The notes beneath the pieces are model-generated. The model saw nothing but the letters and a program-made list of their open reading frames with translations. It searched no databases and had not been told where the DNA came from. Below, piece after piece: positions 47,883 through 57,841 of a stretch of 64,000 nucleotides of DNA (position 1 is the first letter of the stretch; each line of letters begins with the position of its first letter). This DNA is from Candidatus Eiseniibacteriota bacterium (GTDB lineage Bacteria > Eisenbacteria > RBG-16-71-46). Location of the stretch: contig JABFRW010000052.1 in assembly GCA_013140805.1 (NCBI GenBank), forward strand, positions 371 through 64,370, read 5' to 3'. The position numbers were made by a program, and so were the translations under genes.

Positions 47883-50800
47883 TTGTTCCGTCGCCTGAGG
47901 ATCCAGGCCGGTTTCGCGGTGCTGCTCGCGGCGATCGCCGTGTCGGCGACCGCCTCGCAGGTCGGCGCGTCGATCACGCTGCCGTACCCGTTCTGGTACT
48001 TCAACGCGGCGCCCGGAACCACGTTCGACACTCCGACCGGCATCGCGTTCATGCCCGACGGCCGGCTGCTGGTGTCCGAGAAGCGCGGCCGCGTCTACGT
48101 GATCAAAGATGGCACCCGGCTCACGACTCCGCTGTGGCAGCGCGAGAACGAGGTGCTGAACAACGGCGACAAGGGATTGCTCGACGTCGCGGTGGATCCC
48201 GACTTCGCGATCAACCGCTACGTCTACCTGCTCTACACGGTGGACCCCGACACCAACGGCGTCGACGACAACGAGGACGCGTTCGGGCGTCTGACGCGCT
48301 ACCAGGTCAGCGCCACCGATCCGAATGTCGTCGACTACGACACCCGCACCGTGCTGATGGGTCGCGTGTGGAACGAGGGCCCGACGATCGGATCGATCAC
48401 GCACTCGATCGGATCGTTGCGGTGGGGCACCGACAAGACGCTGCTGATCTCGATGGGCGACGGCGCGCAGTTCACCGTGATGGACCCGGGTGGGCTCGAC
48501 CCGGCGATGTTCGGCCCCGGCAAGGCGAATCCCTACGAAGACATCGGCGCGTTTCGCGCACAGGACATCACGGTGCTGCCGGGCAAGGTGTTGCGAATCG
48601 ATCCCGCGACCGGGCACGGCATGCCGAGCAATCCGTTCTACGACGGCAACCCGAGCTCGAACCGCTCCAAGGTGTGGGCCTACGGAGTGCGCAATCCGTT
48701 TCGCATCTGCGTGCGTCCCGGCAGCGGCAGCAGCAATCCCGCCGACGGTGACCCCGGTAGCGTGTACGTCGGCGACGTGGGCTGGGAGACCTGGGAAGAG
48801 GTGAGTGTGATCAAGACCGGCGGCACCAACCTGGGCTGGCCGTGCTTCGAGGGCACCCACAACAATTCGCCCTATCAGTCGGCCTCTCCGGCGCACAACG
48901 GCTGCGGCAGCGTGGGCAGCGCCACCAATCCCTCACCCTTCACCGCGCCGTTCACCGACTGGCATCACGCCAACGCATCGCTCAGTTCGCCGTCGGGAGT
49001 GAAAGGCAATTCAGCGATCGGCGGCACGTTCTACACCGGCGTGTCGTGGCCGCTCGCCTTTCGCGGGCGCCTGATCGTCGGCGACTACGGCTACGGCTTC
49101 ATGCGGGTCGCCACCGTCGACGCGAACGATGACGTGACGGCGTGGACCTCGTTCGCGGCCGAAACCGACGGCCCGGTCGACATGGCGACCGGCCCCTACG
49201 ACGGCGATCTCTACTACGTCTCGATCACCACCGGCGAAGTGCGCCGCATCCACTACTTCCGCCCGCTGGGCGGCAACCAGGCGCCCAACGCGGTGGCGGG
49301 CGCCGACCTGCTGCTGGGCACCGCACCGCTGACCGTGCAGTTCTCGAGTGCCGCCAGCAGTGATCCCGACGGCGATTCGCTGCGCACCACGTGGACGTTC
49401 GACGACGGCTCCGGCTCATTCCTCGCGAACCCGACGCACTCTTTCCAGTACGCGGGGACCTATCAGGTGCAACTGCTGGTCGACGACGATCGGTTGAACG
49501 AAGGCACCCACACCGTGACGATCGTGGTGAATCCGTCTCAGCCGTTCCCGGCCACCGGCACGCTCGATGACTTCAACCGCGCCAACGGGCCACTCGGGGC
49601 TTCGTGGAGTGACCCGGTCCATGGCGCTGCGGCGGCCGCGGTGAACGGCAACGACCTGGTGCAGAGCGGCGTCACGCCCACCGAACCGGTGTGGGACCCG
49701 CAGGTCTTCGGCACCGAGCAGGAAGCGTACGTGCGCTTCGACGCCACGACCTCGAACTCGCCCGAGCAGGCGCTGCTTCTCAAGCTGCAGGGGGCGCGCT
49801 CCGATTCGTCGCACATCCGCGTGGTCTACGACGCGCGCTTCCCGCACGTGCAGGTCGCGACTTTCCAGCCCGGCATCGGCGAGGTGGTGCGAGGGGCGGC
49901 GATTCCGATCGAGTTCGTGGTCGGCGACACGCTCGGCGCCCGCGCGTTCGGTAACGGCACCGTGCAGGTGTTCCACAACGGCGCGCTGATCGGCACCGTA
50001 AGCGTGGGCTCGTGGCCCTATGCCGCGAGCGGCGGCCGCATCGGACTGGCGCTTACCGGCGCGCTGCTCACGCGCCTCGACGACTTCGGCGGCGGCAACT
50101 TCGCAGGTGGAGCGAACACCGCGCCGCTCGCGGTCATCGACGCGCCGATCGACAGCGCGTTCTTCGCCGCGCAGGATTCGATCCACATGAGCGGCAGCGG
50201 TGTCGATGCGCAACAGCCGGCCGAGGCGCTGCAATACTTCTGGGATGTCTACCTGCATCACAACACGCACGTGCATCCGAACACCTTCACGAGCTCCAAT
50301 CGCAACGCCGCGATGGTCGCCGAAGATCACGAAGACGGCACCGGCGTGTGGTACGAGGTGCGCCTCTACGTGCAGGACGCCGAAGGGCTGCGCGATACCG
50401 CACGCGTCGATCTGTTCCCCGAGATCAACCTGCGCGCGAGTGAACTCGCGGTCACGCCGGATCCGCCGACCGAGGGTCAGTGGGCGACCTGGAGCTTCAA
50501 GCTCCGCAACCTGGGCCGCATGCCGGCGCCGATCTCGCGCTGGCGTCTGGTACTCGGCAACACACTGCTGGCCGAAGGCGACACTTTGATCGCGCCCGGC
50601 GACAGCGTGCTGATCTCGGCCACGCTCATCAACCCGTTGGGTGGCGGCAGCTTCACTGCCCGGGCGACCGGTGACACCCTGGCCAACGTGGTCGAGACCG
50701 ACGAATCCGACAACGCCTCGATTCGGCAGGTCGAAATGGCCGGATCGCCGGTCGGAGTGGGGCAGGCGCCACAGCGTTTCGCGCTTTCACAGGGATTTCC

Positions 50801-51050
50801 CAACCCCGCCGGCGCCATGGTGCGATTCGGTCTCGATCTGCCCCGACGTGGTGCGGTAGCATTTCGGGTCCTCGACGTTCAGGGTCGCGAGGTGTGGACG
50901 CAAGGCGCGCGGGAATTCGCGGCCGGGCACTGGAATCTCGAGTGGCCGTCACGGTTGGCGGACGGTTCGCGAGCTCCGGCAGGTCTCTACCTCGCGTTGA
51001 TTGCCGTCGAGGGCCGCACGTACGCTCGACGGATTGCGGTCGTGCGATGA
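47883..51050 (+). CDS. Giant secreted multidomain protein, paralog 2: signal peptide, GSDH-like beta-propeller, PKD domain, LDDF-bracketed jelly-roll-like domain, His-cluster domain, CARDB-like domain, T9SS C-terminal domain
   Basis: AGGGAGG-N7-TTG start; 'GLLDVAVDPDF', PKD 'TVQFSSAASSDPDGD', 'YLHHNTHVHPNTF', C-terminus 'FPNPAGAMVRF...GLYLALIAVEGRTYARRIAVVR'. Confidence 0.85.
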   Translation: MFRRLRIQAGFAVLLAAIAVSATASQVGASITLPYPFWYFNAAPGTTFDTPTGIAFMPDGRLLVSEKRGRVYVIKDGTRLTTPLWQRENEVLNNGDKGLLDVAVDPDFAINRYVYLLYTVDPDTNGVDDNEDAFGRLTRYQVSATDPNVVDYDTRTVLMGRVWNEGPTIGSITHSIGSLRWGTDKTLLISMGDGAQFTVMDPGGLDPAMFGPGKANPYEDIGAFRAQDITVLPGKVLRIDPATGHGMPSNPFYDGNPSSNRSKVWAYGVRNPFRICVRPGSGSSNPADGDPGSVYVGDVGWETWEEVSVIKTGGTNLGWPCFEGTHNNSPYQSASPAHNGCGSVGSATNPSPFTAPFTDWHHANASLSSPSGVKGNSAIGGTFYTGVSWPLAFRGRLIVGDYGYGFMRVATVDANDDVTAWTSFAAETDGPVDMATGPYDGDLYYVSITTGEVRRIHYFRPLGGNQAPNAVAGADLLLGTAPLTVQFSSAASSDPDGDSLRTTWTFDDGSGSFLANPTHSFQYAGTYQVQLLVDDDRLNEGTHTVTIVVNPSQPFPATGTLDDFNRANGPLGASWSDPVHGAAAAAVNGNDLVQSGVTPTEPVWDPQVFGTEQEAYVRFDATTSNSPEQALLLKLQGARSDSSHIRVVYDARFPHVQVATFQPGIGEVVRGAAIPIEFVVGDTLGARAFGNGTVQVFHNGALIGTVSVGSWPYAASGGRIGLALTGALLTRLDDFGGGNFAGGANTAPLAVIDAPIDSAFFAAQDSIHMSGSGVDAQQPAEALQYFWDVYLHHNTHVHPNTFTSSNRNAAMVAEDHEDGTGVWYEVRLYVQDAEGLRDTARVDLFPEINLRASELAVTPDPPTEGQWATWSFKLRNLGRMPAPISRWRLVLGNTLLAEGDTLIAPGDSVLISATLINPLGGGSFTARATGDTLANVVETDESDNASIRQVEMAGSPVGVGQAPQRFALSQGFPNPAGAMVRFGLDLPRRGAVAFRVLDVQGREVWTQGAREFAAGHWNLEWPSRLADGSRAPAGLYLALIAVEGRTYARRIAVVR

Positions 51051-51081
51051 CTTCCCGCTTACGCATCGGAGACCTACCGGT

Positions 51082-54000
51082 ATGCTCCCCCGGCTACCCG
51101 GCCTCGCCTTCGTCGTCGCCTGCTTGCTGCTCGTCGCCGTCGCGCTGGCTCCGCGACCCGCTGACGCCATCACCTTCACCGACTCCCTGTTCATCGCCGA
51201 GGATATCGCCCCGGCAGTGACGTGGACCACGCCGACCGGACTGGCGTACCTGCCCGGCGGTCGGCTGCTGGTGATCGAGAAGCGCGGCCGCGTGTATTCC
51301 GTGATGAACGGCATCAAGAGCGCTCAGCCGCTGCTCAATCTCGAGTCCGAGGTGTTGAACGAGGGCGACCGTGGACTGCTCGGAATCGCGGTCGATCCCA
51401 ACTACGTCACGAACCACTTCGTGTACCTGCTCTACACCGTGGATCCCGACTCGAACGACATTGAGACCAACGACGACGCATTCAGCCGCCTGTCGAGATT
51501 CCAGGTCAGCTTCGCGGACTCGACCTCGATGCCCTACGCGAGTCGCGCGGTGCTGTTCGGGCACACCTGGACGAGCGGCGCGATCTCCGCGTCGTCTTCG
51601 CACACTGTCGGCTGCCTGCGCTTCGGTACCGACGGCACGCTGCTGGTCTCGATCGGCGACGGCGGACAGTTCAACGTCACCGATGCCGGTGGCGTCGACC
51701 CCGGGGCGTTCGGCGCCGGCAGGACCGATCCGCTCGAGGACATCGGCGCGTTTCGCGCGCAGTACCTGCAGAGTCTCGCGGGCAAGCTGTTGCGGATCGA
51801 TCCCGCAACCGGCCTCGGACTGCCGAGCAATCCGTTCTACGAGTCGGCGAACCCCGGCTCGGCGCAATCGCGTGTGTGGTGCTACGGCCTGCGCAATCCG
51901 TTCCGATTCGCGCTGCACCCCGCCACCGGCAGCACCGACCCGAGCGCCGGTCAGCCCGGCAGCGCGTTCATCGGCGACGTCGGCTGGACGGCGTGGGAGG
52001 AAACCAACGTCGCGACCACCGGGGGGGTCAACTTCGGCTGGCCGTGCTACGAAGGTTTGAATCCGCAGGACGGCTATCAGGCCGCCACACCGCCACATCA
52101 CGATTGCGCGACCATCGGAACGGTCACGAATCCATCGCCGGCGACGAGCCCCATCATGACCTGGCATCACCTCACGGCGAGTCTCAGCACGCCTCCGGGC
52201 CTGGTCGGAAACGCCGCGACCGCGTGCGTGTTCTACACCGGCGGGCGCTACCCGATCATCTACGCCGGGCGGTTCTTCTTCAGCGACTACGGCGCCGACT
52301 GGATCAACACCGCGGTGCTCGACGGCAACCAGGTACTGGTGAGCACTTCGCCGTGGGCGACCTCGGTCGGCGGCCCGGTCGACCTCGCGCAGGACCCCGT
52401 GAACGGCGAACTGATCGTCGTCAGCATCACGAACAACCAGGTGCTGCGGATTCGCTACGCCGGCACCGTGCCGAACGGCGAGCCGGTCACGGTCGCGAAG
52501 GGCACGCCGCTGGTGGGCATCATGCCGCTGACCGTGAGCTTCTCGAGCGCCGGCACCTTCGATCCGAACGGCGACCCGGTCACGATGACGTGGCTGTTCG
52601 GTGACGGCGAGGGGGCGAGCGGTCCGGCGCCTCAGCACACCTACACCAAGTCGGGAAGCTTCCTGGCGGTGCTCAATGCCGCCGACGATGACGGCAGCAT
52701 CGGCCGCGATACCGTGAACGTGGTGGTGCTCGCTTCTTCGGCGTTCCCGACCACCCCGGTGCTCGACAACTTCAATCGCGCGAACGGACCGATCGGAAGC
52801 CCGTGGGTCGGAATCACGAGCGGGCTCACCATCAACAACAACATGCTGTGGCCGAGCTGCTGTTCACCGAGCACGGTGTGGAGCAGTCAGAGCTTCGGCC
52901 CCAACCAGGAAGCGTTCATTCGATTCCAGGCGATCAGCACCAGCGCGCCCGAACAGGACCTGATGCTCAAGGTGCAGGGGCTCTCGTACACCACCGGGCA
53001 CATCGAAGTGCGCTACGACGCAGCGCTTCACGCGGTTCGCGTGGCAACCTACGTGCTGCCGGGCGGGTGGACGCAACGCGCCTCGTTCCCCACCACCATG
53101 GCGGTCGGTGACGTGATGGGGGCGCGCGCATTCGCGAATGGTGTGATCCAGGTGATCAAAAACGGCGCGGTGCTCGGCCAGACCAGCACCGGCAACTGGC
53201 CGTTTGCCGCCAACGGTGGCTATCTGGGATTGACGATCGCCGGAGCGCAGGCCGCGCGTCTCGACGACTTCGGCGGCGGAAACGTGGTGTTCAGCACCAA
53301 CACGCCGCCGGCCGTCTCGATCGTCTCGCCGCTGCCCGGCGAGTTCTACGTCGAAGGTGAACCGCTGACGCTCAACGGCATCGCCACCGACGGTCAACAG
53401 GAGCCGGGCTCGCTGCCTTACGAGTGGTCGGTCAATCTGCACCACAACAATCACGTGCACCCGAACACCGTGGTCCTGTCGGGACCGACCACCGGATTCA
53501 CGCCCGAGAATCACGACGACGGCACCGGGGTGTGGCTGCAGCTCAAGCTGAGTGTGACCGATGCGGAAGGGCTCTCCGACACGACCAGCATCGCGATCTT
53601 CCCGGAGATCGACCTGGTGGCAGCGCCCGCACTGATCTCGCCCGATCCGCCGGTGACCGGCACCCAGACGTTCGTGAACTTCTGGATCCACAACCGTGGA
53701 CACATGCCGGCGCAGCTCTCGCGCTGGCGGCTGAATCGCGGCAACGAAGTACTGGCGGAAGGCGACACGCTGGTGCCGCCGCTCGATTCGGTGCGTGTGC
53801 AGCGCATCTACCCGGCCGGCAGCTTCGCCGCCGGCCCGCTCACGCTGCGATTCGTCGCCGACACGCTCGGCGTGATTCCCGAGACCGACGAATCCAACAA
53901 TGGGGTGACGATCGAACGCGTGGTGACGGAAGGCGGCGCGGTGGACGTCGAAGCAGCGCCTCTGGCATTCAGCCTCGGTGAGGTGCGCCCCAATCCCAGC

Positions 54001-54240
54001 CCGTCGACGGTCGCGCTGTCGCTCGCGCTGCCGCGCGTGTCGCGCGTCGAGTTCGAAGTGTTCGACGCGCAGGGTCGCGTCGCGCTGCGACGCGCCACGC
54101 GCGCCTACTCGCCGGGGCGGCACGAGTTGCGCTGGGACGGCCGGCTCAATGGCCGCGAAGCCGCGCCCGCCGGGCTCTACTGGGCCCGCGTGACGGTCGA
54201 CGGAGCTCGATATGCGCGGCGCTTCGTGATCGTGAAGTAG
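51082..54240 (+). CDS. Paralog 3, same architecture (~88% nt identity to paralog 4 over the aligned 5' segment (51241-51420 vs 54421-54600))
   Basis: 'GLLGIAVDPNYV', 'NLHHNNHVHPNTV', C-terminus '...GLYWARVTVDGARYARRFVIVK'. Confidence 0.9.
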   Translation: MLPRLPGLAFVVACLLLVAVALAPRPADAITFTDSLFIAEDIAPAVTWTTPTGLAYLPGGRLLVIEKRGRVYSVMNGIKSAQPLLNLESEVLNEGDRGLLGIAVDPNYVTNHFVYLLYTVDPDSNDIETNDDAFSRLSRFQVSFADSTSMPYASRAVLFGHTWTSGAISASSSHTVGCLRFGTDGTLLVSIGDGGQFNVTDAGGVDPGAFGAGRTDPLEDIGAFRAQYLQSLAGKLLRIDPATGLGLPSNPFYESANPGSAQSRVWCYGLRNPFRFALHPATGSTDPSAGQPGSAFIGDVGWTAWEETNVATTGGVNFGWPCYEGLNPQDGYQAATPPHHDCATIGTVTNPSPATSPIMTWHHLTASLSTPPGLVGNAATACVFYTGGRYPIIYAGRFFFSDYGADWINTAVLDGNQVLVSTSPWATSVGGPVDLAQDPVNGELIVVSITNNQVLRIRYAGTVPNGEPVTVAKGTPLVGIMPLTVSFSSAGTFDPNGDPVTMTWLFGDGEGASGPAPQHTYTKSGSFLAVLNAADDDGSIGRDTVNVVVLASSAFPTTPVLDNFNRANGPIGSPWVGITSGLTINNNMLWPSCCSPSTVWSSQSFGPNQEAFIRFQAISTSAPEQDLMLKVQGLSYTTGHIEVRYDAALHAVRVATYVLPGGWTQRASFPTTMAVGDVMGARAFANGVIQVIKNGAVLGQTSTGNWPFAANGGYLGLTIAGAQAARLDDFGGGNVVFSTNTPPAVSIVSPLPGEFYVEGEPLTLNGIATDGQQEPGSLPYEWSVNLHHNNHVHPNTVVLSGPTTGFTPENHDDGTGVWLQLKLSVTDAEGLSDTTSIAIFPEIDLVAAPALISPDPPVTGTQTFVNFWIHNRGHMPAQLSRWRLNRGNEVLAEGDTLVPPLDSVRVQRIYPAGSFAAGPLTLRFVADTLGVIPETDESNNGVTIERVVTEGGAVDVEAAPLAFSLGEVRPNPSPSTVALSLALPRVSRVEFEVFDAQGRVALRRATRAYSPGRHELRWDGRLNGREAAPAGLYWARVTVDGARYARRFVIVK

Positions 54241-54262
54241 CCGGATGCATCGGAGGGTCGGC

Positions 54263-57200
54263 ATGCTCTCGAGACGCGCCGGCCGCTTGTTCGCGGCTGC
54301 TCTGATCGTCACTGCAATTGGGATCGCACCCCGACCCGCACGCGCGATCGCCTTCAGCGATCCGTTGTTCGTTGCCGAGGACGTGGCCCCCGGAGCGAGC
54401 TGGAGCACGCCGACCGGACTGGCCTACCTGCCCGGCGGCCGGCTGCTGGTGATCGAGAAGCGCGGTCGCGTGTACTCGGTGATGAACGGAATCAAGAGCG
54501 CGCAGCCGCTGCTCAATCTCGAACTCGAGGTACTGAACGAAGGCGATCGCGGCCTGCTCGGAATCGCCGTCGACCCGAACTACGTCTCGAACCACTCGGT
54601 GTATCTGCTCTACACGGTGGACCCCGATTCGAACAACGTCGAGACCAACGATGATGCGTTCAGCCGGCTGTCGCGATTCCAGATCGGCTTCGCGGACTCG
54701 ACCGTGATCGCCTACTCGTCGCGTGCGGTTCTGTTCGGCTCCACCTGGACGAACGGAGCGGTCTCGGCGGCGTCTTCGCACACCATCGGTTGTCTGCGCT
54801 TTGGAAGCGACGGAACCCTGCTCGTGTCGGTCGGCGATGGGGGTCAGTTCAGCGGCGCCGATGCGGGCGGACTGGACCCCGGTGCGTTCGGCGCCGGCAG
54901 GACCGATCCGCTCGAAGACATCGGAGCGTTTCGCGCGCAGTACCTGCAGAGCCTCGCTGGAAAGCTGCTGCGGCTCGATCCGGCGACCGGTCGGGGACTG
55001 CCGAGCAATCCGTTCTATCAAGCCGGCAGTCCGAGCTCTGCCCAGTCTCGCGTGTGGGCCTACGGACTTCGGAACCCGTTCCGCTTCGCGATGCGACCCG
55101 GCACCGGCAGCTCGAATCCTGGCGTGGGTCAGCCGGGCGTGGCGTTCATCGACGACGCGGGCTGGTTCACGTGGGAGGAAACCAACGTCGCGGTGACCGG
55201 AGGACTCAACTTCGGTTGGCCTTGTTACGAAGGGTTCAACCCGCAGAATGCGTATCAGGGTGCCGTGCCGTCGCACCACGGCTGCGCGACCATCGGCACT
55301 CCCGCGAATCCCTCGCCGCGAGCGAACCCGCTGATCGCGTGGCATCACGGCGACTCGCTGCTCAGCACGCCGGCGGGTCTGATCGGCAATGCGGCGACGG
55401 CGTGTCTTTTCTACACCGGGAGTCGCTACCCGACCGGCTTCGCCGGCCGGTTCTTCTTTAGCGACTACGGGCGCAATTGGATCGACACCGCCGTGATGGA
55501 CGCCAGTCACGCGCTCGTGAGCACCGCGCCGTGGGCCACTTCCGCGGATGGCCCGGTCGACATGGCGCAGGATCCCGCGAGCGGCGAGATCGTGCTCGTG
55601 ACACTCGCGAACAACAAGGTGCTGCGCGTTCGATACACCGGAGCGGGATCGAACGGTGCTCCGTTGGCATTCGCAGCCGGCACGCCGCGCGTCGGGGTGG
55701 CGCCCTGCCTGGTGAACTTCTCGAGCGCGGGCACGTTCGATCCGAATGGTGATCCACTCACGCTCAACTGGCTGTTCGGCGACGGTACCGGCGCGAGTGG
55801 TCCAGCGCCCTCGCACTCGTACACGGTGGCGGGCAGCTATCAGGCGACCCTCACCGCGCGCGACAATCACGGCGACATCGGTCGCGATACTGTGACCATC
55901 GTGGTGCTGGGCTCGTCGGTTTTTCCGACCACCGCGGTGCTCGACAACTTCAACCGCGCGAACGGCCCGCTCGGCGGCGCGTGGGTCGACAATGCGAACG
56001 GGCTCGCGATCAATGGCAACCAGCTCACGCAGACGTGCTGCACTCCGAGCACGGTGTGGAGCGGGCAGAGCTTCGGGCCCAACCAGGAGGCCTACGTCCG
56101 CTTCCTGGCCGTCACGCCGGGCGCCGACGAACAGGACCTGATGCTCAAGGTTCAGGGGCTCTCGTACAGCACCGGCCACATCGAGGTGCGCTACGACGCG
56201 GTGCTCGCGGCGGTGCGTGTGTCGACCTATCTGCCCTCGACGAGCTGGACGCAATGGGCAGCGTTTCCGACCACGATGGCGGTCGGCGACGTGCTGGGTG
56301 CCCGCGCGTTCTCGAACGGCATGATTCAGGTGATGAAGAATGGCGCTTTGCTGGGCGAGACCACGAGCGGTGAGTGGCCGTTCGCCGCCAACGGAGGCTA
56401 CCTGGGGCTGACGTTTGCGGGTGCGCTGACGTCGCGACTCGATGACTTCGGCGGAGGCACCATCGTGCTCAATCCGAACACCGCACCGAACGCCACCGTC
56501 ACCTCACCGCCCTCCGGCCAGTTCTATGTGGAGGGGATTCCGATTGCGCTGACCGGAACCGCCACCGATGCGCAGCAGAGCTCGGCGTCCCTTCAGTACG
56601 ACTGGTCGGTCGACCTGCATCACAACAACCACGTTCATCCGAGCACCGTGGTGTTGTCGGGCGCTTCGACCGGCTTCACGCCCGAGAACCACGACGACGG
56701 CACGGGTGTGTGGCTCGAGGTCAAGCTGCTGGCGATGGACTCGGGCGGGCTCGCTGACACCGCCGGCATCGCGCTCTATCCTGAAATCGACCTCCAGGCA
56801 AAGGCCGGCTTGATCTCGCCGGATCCACCCACCACCGGGACGCAGACGTTCGTGAACTTCTGGATCCACAATCGTGGCCGCATGCCGGCGCAACGGTCGC
56901 GCTGGCGACTCAACCGCGGCGCGCAGATGCTCGCCGAGGGCGACACGCTGGTGGCACGACTCGACTCGGTTCGCGTTCAGCGCGTGTTCCCGGCCGGCAC
57001 GTTCGTGGCGGGTCCACTCACGCTGCGATTCCGGGCGGACACGCTCGGCACCGTGCCCGAGACCAACGAGGCGAACAACGGAGTGACGGTTCAACGCACC
57101 GTGATCCAGGGCGGTGCGGTCGCCGTCGAGCCGCCACCGATCGCATTCGGTCTCGGCGAGTCGCGCCCGAATCCGAGTGCCTCGAGCGTTGCATTCTCGC

Positions 57201-57418
57201 TGGACCTGCCGCGGGCGGCGAGCGTGACGTTCGAAGTATTCGACGCCCAGGGCCGTGTCGCCTTTCGGAGCCTCGGACGGACACTCGCACCCGGGCGCCA
57301 CACGCTGGACTGGAGCGGACGCGTCGAAGGTCGTGAGCCGGCAGCGCCGGGGCTCTACTGGGCACGCGTGACGGTCGACGGCGTCCGCTACGCCCGTCGC
57401 TTCGTGATCGTCAGGTAG
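54263..57418 (+). CDS. Paralog 4, same architecture
   Basis: GGAGGG-N5-ATG start; 'DLHHNNHVHPSTV'; C-terminus '...RRFVIVR'. Confidence 0.9.
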   Translation: MLSRRAGRLFAAALIVTAIGIAPRPARAIAFSDPLFVAEDVAPGASWSTPTGLAYLPGGRLLVIEKRGRVYSVMNGIKSAQPLLNLELEVLNEGDRGLLGIAVDPNYVSNHSVYLLYTVDPDSNNVETNDDAFSRLSRFQIGFADSTVIAYSSRAVLFGSTWTNGAVSAASSHTIGCLRFGSDGTLLVSVGDGGQFSGADAGGLDPGAFGAGRTDPLEDIGAFRAQYLQSLAGKLLRLDPATGRGLPSNPFYQAGSPSSAQSRVWAYGLRNPFRFAMRPGTGSSNPGVGQPGVAFIDDAGWFTWEETNVAVTGGLNFGWPCYEGFNPQNAYQGAVPSHHGCATIGTPANPSPRANPLIAWHHGDSLLSTPAGLIGNAATACLFYTGSRYPTGFAGRFFFSDYGRNWIDTAVMDASHALVSTAPWATSADGPVDMAQDPASGEIVLVTLANNKVLRVRYTGAGSNGAPLAFAAGTPRVGVAPCLVNFSSAGTFDPNGDPLTLNWLFGDGTGASGPAPSHSYTVAGSYQATLTARDNHGDIGRDTVTIVVLGSSVFPTTAVLDNFNRANGPLGGAWVDNANGLAINGNQLTQTCCTPSTVWSGQSFGPNQEAYVRFLAVTPGADEQDLMLKVQGLSYSTGHIEVRYDAVLAAVRVSTYLPSTSWTQWAAFPTTMAVGDVLGARAFSNGMIQVMKNGALLGETTSGEWPFAANGGYLGLTFAGALTSRLDDFGGGTIVLNPNTAPNATVTSPPSGQFYVEGIPIALTGTATDAQQSSASLQYDWSVDLHHNNHVHPSTVVLSGASTGFTPENHDDGTGVWLEVKLLAMDSGGLADTAGIALYPEIDLQAKAGLISPDPPTTGTQTFVNFWIHNRGRMPAQRSRWRLNRGAQMLAEGDTLVARLDSVRVQRVFPAGTFVAGPLTLRFRADTLGTVPETNEANNGVTVQRTVIQGGAVAVEPPPIAFGLGESRPNPSASSVAFSLDLPRAASVTFEVFDAQGRVAFRSLGRTLAPGRHTLDWSGRVEGREPAAPGLYWARVTVDGVRYARRFVIVR

Positions 57419-57841
57419 ATGCGCGTGTCGCGTTCGATCGGAGCGAACTCCCGGCATTCAAGATTCGGCGCGATCGTTGCCCTGGCCCTCGTCCTTCACG
57501 GCTGCGCCGGTTCGCGTCCTCCGATCGAGCCGCTGCCGGGTGCTGCCGAGGTCGGCGAGGCTTCGTACTACGCGCGACACTTCCAGGGTCGCCGCACCGC
57601 GAACGGGGAGCGCTTCGATCAGGCCGAGCTGACCGCGGCGCATCGCACGCTGCCGTTCGGCACCCGCGTCAAGGTCACGAACCTTGCGAATGGCGCGAGC
57701 GTGTTCCTGCGCATCAACGATCGCGGACCGTTTCGCCGCGGACGCGTGATCGACGTGTCGCGGCGCGCGGCCCGCGAACTCGGCTTCCTGCGAGAGGGCG
57801 TGACGCGCGTCCGGGTCGAGGTGATGCCCGACCCGCCGTAG
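57419..57841 (+). CDS. RlpA-like (double-psi beta-barrel) lipoprotein
   Basis: Lipobox 'LVLHGCAG'; DPBB '[20 protein letters not shown]...[25 protein letters not shown]'; start abuts the paralog 4 stop (TAGATG). Confidence 0.85.
   Translation: MRVSRSIGANSRHSRFGAIVALALVLHGCAGSRPPIEPLPGAAEVGEASYYARHFQGRRTANGERFDQAELTAAHRTLPFGTRVKVTNLANGASVFLRINDRGPFRRGRVIDVSRRAARELGFLREGVTRVRVEVMPDPP

Noticed and set aside
51094-56254. Several 500-700-aa minus-strand ORFs (51094-52638, 52864-54408, 54146-56254)
   Set aside because: All antisense to the tandem paralog genes; the sense frames carry coherent domain architecture and signal peptides.
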